Assembly (NCBI RefSeq): GCF_001194135.2
Contig: NC_068982.1
Span: 144,845,276 to 144,893,964 of the forward strand
DNA: 48,689 bases
Source of the DNA: Octopus bimaculoides
Lineage: Eukaryota
Direction: 5' to 3'
The position numbers and the translations under genes are program-made. Shown piece by piece: positions 24,086 through 35,000 of the stretch (position 1 is the stretch's first letter; the number at the start of each line of letters is the position of its first letter). The notes under the pieces were generated by a model, which was given only the letters and a program-made list of their open reading frames with translations, ran no database searches and was not told the origin of the DNA.

Positions 24086-26894
24086 ATATATATCAAATGG
24101 ATTAGTCAGAGGAAGAAGGCAGTACTGTGACCATTTTCGAGGCCTTTATAGCTGGTTAGGAGAAGGAAGTTATCCTTAGATGAAAGACCTAGTTCAAATG
24201 ATTTGAACAGAGTTGACCCTACTAGAGGTATGCAAGGGCAAGTGTCTTCTACTATAACCTCTGGCCACCTAAAACCTTGTGAGTGGATTTGGTAGACAGA
24301 AATTGAAAGAAGTCCATTGTATATATATATATGTGTGTGTGCGCATGTGTGTTTGTGTTTGCCCTCCACCGCTGCTTAGTGTATTTACATCCCCATAACC
24401 TAATAGTTCGGCAAAAGGGACTGATACAATAAGTACCAGGTTTTAAAAAAACAAGTACTGGGGTCAGTTCATTTGACTAAAAATTCTTCATGGTTGCAGT
24501 TTAATGACTAAAACAAGTGAAAGATAAAAGATCTGATCCTCTGCCCCTATCCTCCTCACCTGTTCCTCTTCTCCCATATCCATCATATTCACCTCTTGTA
24601 TCTTGAGGTAATGTCCTGACAAAATATCACCACCACCATCTTCTCTCCTTTTCCATCTTGGTCGCCATATATCTCCTCTACAGCAAGACACCTGATCCTA
24701 TCCCTCTGTCAGACAATTGCCTCTCAACACTTTGGTGTAGGCCACCTCCCTCATTAATTGTTGTGTTGATGCCCCCAAGCGAAGAGTAGGATCTCCCAAG
24801 ACATATAAATAGAGGTAGTCTGGCCGTAGTAGGGGTGTTGAGTAGAGATCATCCGAAGGTGCTAGATCGCAATAGTATTGTGATATAACAGTGGCGACGA
24901 GGATTTTGTAGCTCACACAGCCACTGTGTAGTATTGAGACATAACAATAATACACCCTACTTGAATCAAAGAATCTTGTCTTGTCAGCTGCTTGGTGATG
25001 TCTCTTGTGTGAATGACATGAAAAAGCACCCAAACCCACTGTAAAGTGGTTAGCTTTACGAAAGGCATCCGGCTGTAGAAATCATGTGAAAACAGACATT
25101 GAAGCTCAATGCAGTTCTCTGACCTGTTGGACCGTCAAACTATCTTACTCATGCCAGCATGGAATATGAACACTAAATGATGATGATGATGATGATAAAG
25201 ATAGAATTTACTTAGGCATAATTTAGACTTTAGAGGGACAACATTGAATTGTTTAAGACTTGTATATTAATCAAATATTTTTGCCAACTTACAAGTTTGG
25301 TATCATCATCATCATCATTTAACGTCCGCTTTCCATGCTGGCATGGGTTGGACGGTTTGACTGGGGATTGGTGAGCCAGATGGCTGCACTAATAGTGTAA
25401 TCATTCAGCTGGTTAAAATCCTTCTCTGTTCAAAAGATGGTCTTGATATCAAACAAAAGAACTAATGATTATGTGGGGTTGTTTTCTGTTAAACATCTGA
25501 AGTATTTCTTTGCCAGTGGGTGATGGTGGTTGATGGTAGTGCTTGTGGTATTGGGGTCAAATTCCTCTTTTGGCAAAACTATGGACTCCTCCCTTCTTGT
25601 TGAATATGTACAAAGATTTAACTATAATCTCTTTTCTTTCTTATATGCAAATTCAATACCAGTTTTCTTTTTTTTGCTTGTTTCCTTAGCAATTAAAAAT
25701 AATAAAGAAATAGCAAGAACAACAATTTTGTTTAACAAGATTGTTAAAGATATTTATCAGGGTCTTTACATGTCTGGAGCACATCCCTATCAAAAAATCT
25801 ACTGGTCATTATGCAAACACGGGTAAAATAAAATAAAATAAAATAAAATAAAATCAAAACAAAACAAAACACTACTCCCCCATCGACCACCACACATCAA
25901 CTTATTATTTATGATATTAATTGTTATATTTCCTTTCTGTTTCTATTTGTTTATTTCTTTACATGTGTGTTCATTTTTTCCTTTCCTTCAATTTCCCTTC
26001 CATCTCATTTGTTCTTTTTCCGGTAAAACTCTTTTTCGAATTTTGTTTCTTCATTTCTCACAGATATATATGACTATTTCACTCTGTTTTTCTCAGGACC
26101 CCTATAACACTTTCTTATTCTCCCCTCACCCCTTCCTTTTTAATACTCCCAGAAATATAAATAACACACACACACAAAAAAAAACCCAAAGCAAAGAAAT
26201 TGTCTAAAGTGTAATTTATTCCCAGATTAGAAAAGAACGAAAAAAAGATTTTATTCTTCTTTTAAATACAAATTAAAACGAAAAATAAAACCCACACTCA
26301 TCTCAAATTAAATTATAAAATAAAATCTGATCATCAATAACAACAAACAAGTGTTGTGAAAAGTGGCCAGAAACCAGGGCTCCCAAAATGTACAGCTACC
26401 CTGCTTTTCTTCTTTTCCAAATNNNNNNNNNNCACACTTTCTCATTCCAAGTTTTAACTACTTCTGTGCTATTTCAGGGTGGCTGGATGGCAAATTAAAT
26501 AAATAAAATAGGACTGGCAAAAACGGGGCCATTCAGATGATTGAGTTGGTTGACACCTCACACTTGCAATGTCTTCTTTAAGCATCTTTGATAAAGAAAA
26601 GAAAAAACAGCAACAAACCTCTGTAGTTCTCAACTATATTTTTAAACAAAATCCCTGGATTAAATAACAAACCTTACTACTATCATTATAGAACCAACAA
26701 CTCTAAATATACTGCAGACCAAATCTTGTTTTGCAAAAATCAATCAGAGCCACTGCTGCTGCTGCTGCTAATAATAATAATAATAATAATAATTATGGTT
26801 TCAAGTTTTGGCACAAAGCCAGCAATTTTGGGAGAGGGGTTAAGTTGATAACATTGATCCCAGTGTCCACTGGTACTTAATTTATTGACCCCGA

Positions 26895-27015
26895 AAGTGT
26901 CTTCTACTATAGCCTCGGGCCGACCAAAGCCTTGTGAGTGGATTTGGTAGACGGAAACTGAAAGAAGCCCGTCGTATATATGTATGTATATATATATATA
27001 TATATNNNNNNNNNN

Positions 27016-27090
<75 letters not shown>

Positions 27091-27310
27091 ATATATATGT
27101 TTGTGTGTTTGTTTGTCCCCCCAACATTGCTTGACAACTGATGGTGATGTGTTTACGTCCCCGTAACTTAGCGGTTCGGCAGAAAGAGACCGATAGAATA
27201 AGTACTAGGCTTACAAAGAATAAGTCCTGGGTTCGATTTGCTCGACTAAAGGCGGTGCTCCAGCATGGCCACAGTCAAACGACCGAAACAAGTAAAAGAG
27301 TAAAAGAGAT
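26895..27310 (+). mobile_element. CORE-like SINE (family D) with embedded (TA)n(TG)n microsatellite
   Basis: AAGTGTCTTCTACTATAGCCTCGGGCCGACCAAAGCCTTGTGAGTGGATTTGGTAGACGGAAACTGAAAGAAGCCCGTCG, then the microsatellite, then a conserved 3' part ending GAAACAAGTAAAAGAG. Other copies at 24232-24525 (+), 23330-23520 (-) and 44855-45090 (-). The CORE assignment is tentative. Confidence 0.7.
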
Positions 27311-27685
27311 AAGATCCAAGGATCAAGGTGTAGGAAGAAAGTTAGCTTCAAGCAATTGTTTGTAAATATAAAAAACAACTTTCAGGGACAATAATGGTTT
27401 ATTGAGATGGAAATTTGTGAATTTTTTCCTATTGAAGTATGATAAACTGAAAATTGTTCTTTTTATATTTCACGGTATAATTTGAATCTTCCATGTTTTC
27501 ACATGTACCTCCTTGCGACAATGTAAATTTTCATTTAATCAAGATGTCCTTGACCTGATGTGTAACCTTTGGTATACACGTTGCTTAGATATTTACCACT
27601 TGCAAGATTCTGCTTGCTATGAAACATATGTAGCCTGGATCTTATCTACTCCATTCCTTAACTCTTGTGTGTGTATGTGTATGTA

Positions 27686-28265
27686 TCACCACCATCATCG
27701 TTTAACGTCTGCTTTCCATGCTAGCATGGGTTGGACGATTTGACTGAGTACTGGTGAACCGGATGGCTGCACCAGACTCCAATCTGATCTGACAGAGTTT
27801 CTACAGCTGGATGCCCTTCCTAACGCCAACCACTCCGATAGTGTAGTGGGTGATTTTTACGTGCCAGTCCGGCAGTACTGGCAACGGCCACGCTCAAAAT
27901 GTGTTTTTTTTATGTGTCACCTGCACAGGAGTCAGTCCAATGTTTTGTTCACATGCCACTGGCACGAGTGCCAGTAAGGCGAAGCTGGAAACGATTGCGC
28001 TCAAATGGTGCCTTTTACATGCCACCGGCACGGAAGCAAGACCACTGCTCTGGCAGTGATTCCACTCTGATGGTGCTGTTAGCGCTCCACTTGCATCGGT
28101 GCCAGTCATCGAATTAGGTTCAGTTTCGATCTCACTTGCCCCAACAGGTCTTCGCAAGCTGCGTTTAGTGTCCAATGAAGGAAAGTTGGCATGGGTGTCA
28201 GTCAACGAATTTGGTTCAATTTTCAATTTTGATTTCACTTGGCTCAACAGGTCTTCGCAAGCAGG
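27686..28265 (-). mobile_element. Long family-C element copy
   Basis: Same tail and internal array as the copy at 23591-24085. Confidence 0.75.
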
Positions 28266-29033
28266 TTTTTTTGTCCGCAATATGTAATTGCAATTAACTG
28301 CAGATAATAAGATTTTTAGTGTAATTAATCTACAGAGGTTAGAAAAAATGAAAAAAATGTTAAAACTCTTCAAAAAGAGAAAATTCATTTATTATGCATT
28401 TGCTATACCAAAGTTTTTTTTAATTTTCTTTCAGGTTCCCATGTTGGTTATGGCAATGGATTTTGTCATTTGATGTTTGGAGAATTTCTTAAAGAATCAG
28501 TTCCTCTCTGAAGTCCTGATGATAAAACAGGTGTATATGTACTCGTATGTATATGTGGTATCTATAGTTCCCATGGAGTTACAATGGTCACTTGAATCTC
28601 TTACTCTTTTTCGCGACACATTTTTTCTCAACAGAAAACATTGTTGAGATTGTTGCTGGCAACATATTACCATAGAAATTTGAGATTATATTTGTCAACT
28701 AAGTAGCACAAAAAAAAAAAAAAGAAAGAGAGAGAGAAGAAAAGTAACAAAAAACAAAACAAAACAAATAAAAAAAAGCATTTATTTATTTATTTATATA
28801 TTGATCCTAAATCACCAATTTTTATGTTACTCATATTTATTTATTTATTTATTGATGTGATCAACAATGGTTGTAATTCAAGAGTTATTCCTGTGAAATG
28901 CTCAAGACAACTTGCTGAAGAAAAAAATTATTTATTTATTTATGATTCTTTTTCTCCAAAATATATTTTGGAACTAGATGTTTCTCTTTATAATTTAAAT
29001 TGTTTTAAATGAATGAAATGAAATGGTGTAAAA

Positions 29034-32000
29034 ATGGCATCTTCTCCCAAGAAAAAGGTTTCCATCAAAGCAGATGAATCTCCTCGTTTGTACAAATGTA
29101 CGTTTTGTACCAAGACATTTAATGTCCATGGAAATTTGATTAAACACACACGTACACATACTGGTGAAAGACCGTTCAGGTGCTATATCTGTGAAAAAGC
29201 TTTTGCTAATCCTAGCAACCTCACACGTCATAAACGCTTACACACAGGGGACAGGCCATATATATGTACATTTTGCCAGAAGACTTTTCGTGCATCATCA
29301 AATCTAAGGGAACACCTGAAAAGCCATCTTGGGGATTCAACTTTTACCTGCCAACATTGTGAAAGCTCGTTTACTGTTTTTGCTGAGTATAGTTTACACA
29401 TGGAGGAACATTTTGAAACGGCTTCTCGTCTGCTCTTTGGTAGCTCTACAATGGCACTGTCTTCTTCAGTATCTCAGAACACTTTTGAGAAAAAAGAGAA
29501 GAGAAATAAGACATTGAAAGAGCCTTCCTCATTAAGTTATGTTTCCCCTGAGGGTGTCCAAGAAGAGAGTTCATCAGATTTGAAGAGTAATCACGTGGAA
29601 AGGAATTTGGTAAAAGGTGATTGCAAGATGCAGTTAGATTTAGTTATTCCAGAAGATTCCAATTTATTGAATTCTCAAAAAGATTTACTTTTTAGTGTTG
29701 AAAGTAGCCAGAACAACAACAGTTGTTCTGATGTGTCTCTTCTTTCATCGTCTAGTTATCAAGATATGGAGGTAAAAACTAATGCAAATCTTCAATATTC
29801 AGAAGAAAAAGATCTCATCACTAAAGTGCCTGTTTCCAAAGAAGGCATGGAAATGGTAAACTATCTCTCAGAAAACTTTAATGAATACAAGGCTGGTACT
29901 TGTATTGATATTGTAGATCTTAATAAAGAACCTCAGATTCGACAGCCACCTACATTGTCTGAGATAGACTATCAGACTGTTGGTTCCAGCAAAACTAACT
30001 TGTTGACTGGTAGATCAAAAGAGAAACAGTGGAATTTTTGCTCAACTGAAGAGGATCAGTCAGCTTTGGATATTTCTAAGAAAGATCTGGAAAATTTGTC
30101 AGAAAATGTAAATTCTGGATATTGCCTTGATTTCAGGGACGAATCAACATGCACATTAGATGAGCTTTCACACAAATTAACACAGTGTTTCTACTGCCAG
30201 AGAATATTCAGTTCTGATGATCAAATTAAAGACTGTGATGATTCCTCTAAAGATCATCCATGTTGTGGAACATGTAATAAGACTCAAACAGGCAGTGCTT
30301 GGTTGTTGTCAAATTCTACCAGTGTCAAGAAATCGTTCAAATGTTTGTTTTGTCAGAATGAATTTACTGATTCAATTGAACTTAATCAGCACTCTTGTAT
30401 CATGGATGTTAATGATAAAAGGTACAATCAATATTTCAAGAATTCAAAATCAACAACAGATTGTTTTGCAAAAGACAGTATAAAAACTTCAACTAGTTTT
30501 ATTGATTCTTGTTTTGAAAAGGTTTTGCTTGAAAATCAAATGGATAATGCTCTAAGTTCGAAGGACATCCAGTTAGATAATGTACTGAACATCAGTACAG
30601 TTCAGATGGATAACATTCACGGTGGCAAGAACAGCCAGTTAGGAATTGTTCAGAACTGTAAAAACAGCCAGTTGGATAGTACTGATGGCGCAAATGATAT
30701 CCAATTAGATAGCATACAAAGCTCAATTTTGGATAACTTTAGGGATATCCAACATTTGAATGCACTGAGTGAATCAAATAAGCACTCAGAATCATCTGTT
30801 AAAGATTTGTCTGCACCAGAGAACTTCTATAGTTTGATTAAAAAAGGTAACATGCTTGAGGAAAGACTTCACAGTACTGCCACAAAATATTTGAAAGAAA
30901 CAGTAAATTCTCCAAAATCAGGTGAGGATAGTGATAAGGATTCTGATGATGTAATCATTGTTAATGACATGTTGCAAACATTATCAAACAATGAGAAGAT
31001 TATTCAAGATAAGGATACCAGTAGTGGTTTTATTTTTGATAGGGTACACTCCCCGGCTCAGAATCTTAACTATGACAGCATACTTTTATACAAATCTTCC
31101 AAAAATTTAAATTCCCATGCTGAAATTCAGGGTACTGAAAATAATTTAACTAATTTTACCTCAACTCAAATTTCTGGCAAGAAACAGAAAGAAACATTAA
31201 ATAAGAAAAATAAATTGAGTATAACTGGTTTAGTAAAGAATGTTAGCACTAAACATGACAAGAAATTCAAAACAGAATCTGTATCACATCCAAAAATTCA
31301 CAAGTGCCGCTATTGTGATAAAGTCTTCACTGTTCATGGGAACTTGATCAAACACATACGTATCCATACAGGAGAAAAACCATTCCAATGTGCACTTTGT
31401 ACTGCGGCCTTTGCTAACCCAAGTAATTTAACTCGTCATGTACGAATACATACAGGAGAAAAACCTTACAAGTGTACTTATTGTGATAGGAGTTTCCGAG
31501 ACTCCTCAAGCTTAATGAGCCATCATCAAACCCATCTAAAATATCCACTGAAAAATTTTTCTCGCAATAAGAAACCTTCCAAAAATGCTTCTGCAAAACC
31601 TAGCCTGAAAATTAATCACAAGCAGAAAAAAAATGTTGATGAGAAAATTGAAAAAACCCTTTCTTCTTCAAAAGTTAATTTTGATAGCAATAATGCCAAA
31701 TTATTCTGGCCTCAAGAATTGTCTTCGATGCATGTGAAAGGAAATAATGGTTTGAAGAAGCAGAGGAAAAGCAACCAGTTAGAAACTGTTGATTTAGATT
31801 CTTTTAGTGATACTGAAAGTAATGAAAGAAAAGTAGCTGTTGGTCCTAATAAACTAATACCAGATAAAATTGAAATGTACAAAAGTAATAGTAGTAGTAG
31901 TACTACTACTATTACTACAACTGTAACAACTGCTACTGATGGTGGTAATGAAAATTCAGTAAAGCTTAATGAGTCCCAAAGGCCAGGTGGTCTTAGTACG

Positions 32001-35000
32001 AGGCTTAGAAATTATTCTCCTATTTTAATTGAATGTAACTCGGAAACTCCTGAAGATTTAAAGAATGGAAATGATAATTCAAATGGCTTCAAAACTGATG
32101 AAATTCTTAAGCAGTCAGACTTCAATGGTTCTACCAAAATTATCAATTCGACTAGTTTAGATGCTGCAGACAAGAAAAAATGTTTGAGAGCTCAAAATAA
32201 TAGTGTGGTTCTAAAACCTACAGATCTCAATGGTGATAAAAATGTTAAATCTAAAGGACGTCGGTTACACACATGTATTTACTGTAGCAAAAGTTTCACA
32301 GTCCATAGTAATCTTATCAAGCATATACGCATACATACTGGTGAGAAACCATTTAAATGTCAGCTCTGTGAAAAGGCTTTTGCAAATCCAAGCAACATGA
32401 CTCGTCATCTCCGAGTTCATACAATAGAACCTTCTTATAAATGTACAGCATGTCCTCGTACATTCCGTGCACCAAACAATTTGAAAGTACACATGAGTCT
32501 TCATACACAATCAAGTACTGTACAGAAAGTTTGTTTCATCTGTCAAGCAGTGTATGCTCGGAAAAAAGAATTGGTAAATCATTTAAAAATTCATACTACA
32601 ATGGAAAACACAGACTATTCTAATGATTTTAATTCTGATTCAAACGAATGCCTGAGTATATCCTTACCATCTCCACAAACCCCAAATCCTCAGAGCATTC
32701 AATTTCCTTTTATTAAACAAGGATTCATGCAGAAAACTCAGTCAGGTTGTAATTCTTCCCAGCATGATGATGTTGTTGAGGTTTCTAAAGTTAATGTGGC
32801 TTCAAATAGCCTTGATTTAGCCAGTCTAAACCTAAAAAATATACCAAGTAACAAATCAAGCTCTAAATTATCAGGTCCTTCTGTGAAACTACATAATTCT
32901 GATTCTTTAGAGGTAAATCCAATGGTTAAGAAGGTCTTTTCTGAAGGTTTTCCCCAAAGCGATGAATTCTGTGAGCTTCCTGAAAATCTAAATGCATCAA
33001 ATGCTGGAAACGAACATTTTCTCTCTCAAAGTCCCAGACCAGGTTTGACAGTGATGGATTCAAATGATAATTCTAAAGCAAGTTATTCTGATGTTTGTGT
33101 TGAAAATGTTGAAGATGAGGAATCTAAAATATATAATGAGAGCCCTGTAAAGCTGTCCAAATCTGAGCAGGTTATACTGATTGAAGAGAGATTTTCCAAA
33201 GAAGATTTCTTAACTTTACCTTATGGGAATTCTCATATTGAAGTTGAAAATGCAAGTAGCAATTGCAATTCACCTTATAAAAATGAAGAAACCAGTGTAA
33301 ATATTCAATCATTATCTTCAGAGAATGAAATGCACAATAGTTCTGACTTTGAGATGAAATCCACGAAACGTAAAGCTACTAAACGAAAAACTCATCGTAA
33401 ACAGCATAGTTGTAAATTTTGTGGCAGAGGTTTCCCTTCTCGATGCAACTTAATTAAACACATACGGACACACACTGGAGAAAAACCTTTCAGATGCAAG
33501 TGCTGTCGAGCCTCCTTTGCTAATCCTAGCAATTTAACTAGACATGTTAGAACACATACAGGAGAAAAACCGTACCCATGTCCTCATTGTCCTAAATCAT
33601 TTCGGGCATCATCAACACTAAAACATCATATATATACACATGCTAAATGTAATTCATACAAATGTCGCTTTTGTTCTAAAGTATATTCCATTTTTAGTAA
33701 ATTCAAACTGCATCTTTTAACTCACACTAAATCTGCCAAATCCAAATGTATTGTTGAAGATCATTCCATACCTTCTCAAGCATTTCTACCTCCAGTTTCA
33801 AAATCTGTAGATAAATCATCAAAGAAAATACCAGAAAATGCCTCGGATCTTTCTGAAAGCTCTCACCATATCAATAGATATCTGCTTGATCAAGAACTGC
33901 AACCATCTCAAGCTAGTTTTATCAAGAATGAAGAAGTATTAGGGTTTAAAAATAGTAAAGAGATAGCTTTCTCTGATGAAGTTGAAACCAGTGCAGCTCA
34001 CAATGATTTATCAAAGAACAACTTAGATCATTATTCTTTCTTCTCAGAAAATGCAGTTTCTTCTTATGCAGGCAAAAGAACTGGGGCCAAAAAACAGAGG
34101 CGCAGAGCAAAAACAAATAGCATTGAACTCCATGAAGCTGAGAATCAAAGTTCTTTCTGGTCTCAGTTTCCAAGTGAAACTTCTACACCTCGTAAAAGGA
34201 AAGCAATTCACAAGTGTAATTATTGTGAGAAAGCCTTCACAGTGTCTAGTAATTTACGGAAACACGTACGCACTCACACAGGAGAAAAGCCATTCATGTG
34301 TAGGTTTTGTTCCAGACCTTTTGCTAATCCTAGTAATCTTATTCGACATGAACGCATCCATACAGGTGAAAAACCATACATATGCAATTTTTGTCCACAA
34401 CATTTTGCTGCGTCTAGCAGTCTAAAAGAACATATAAAGAGACACACAGCAGTATCAGGAAATGATGATTCTCTCCTTTTAGCTGACATTGACATACCAA
34501 CTTCTTATGGCATGAAACAGAGTGCTGTAAGTGTTGTAACAGAAAATGATCTGCTCCATAACAAGACTGCTGAACTCAGTGCCAATATTAAATATGAAAA
34601 CGATTATTCTGAATCAGAGCAAGAGATTATAGATGATTGTTTAAATGTAAACACATGTGCTTTAGAGTCGACAGAATGTTCTTCAGCCGAAACAGAGAAG
34701 AATAATGAAAGCCCTAATATTATACATAGTGTACTCAATCCTTTGACTGTTGTCAGTGACAGTAATTTAGCTATAGAAAATATTAAACAGGTGAGATATA
34801 AAGATGGACAGATTAATGGAGAAAACCTTGCCGGAGATGTGTCATCAGTATCTTTGACTCTTCGCCAGGGATTAAAAGATACCGAGAAAGGTATAAAATT
34901 TGAGGAGGAGCAGGAAAACTCTTCTTGCCATCCTGATAAGGGGTCTAAGAATTTGTCCAATGTTAATGACAATTCAGATATTTCCAATTCTGATTGCATT

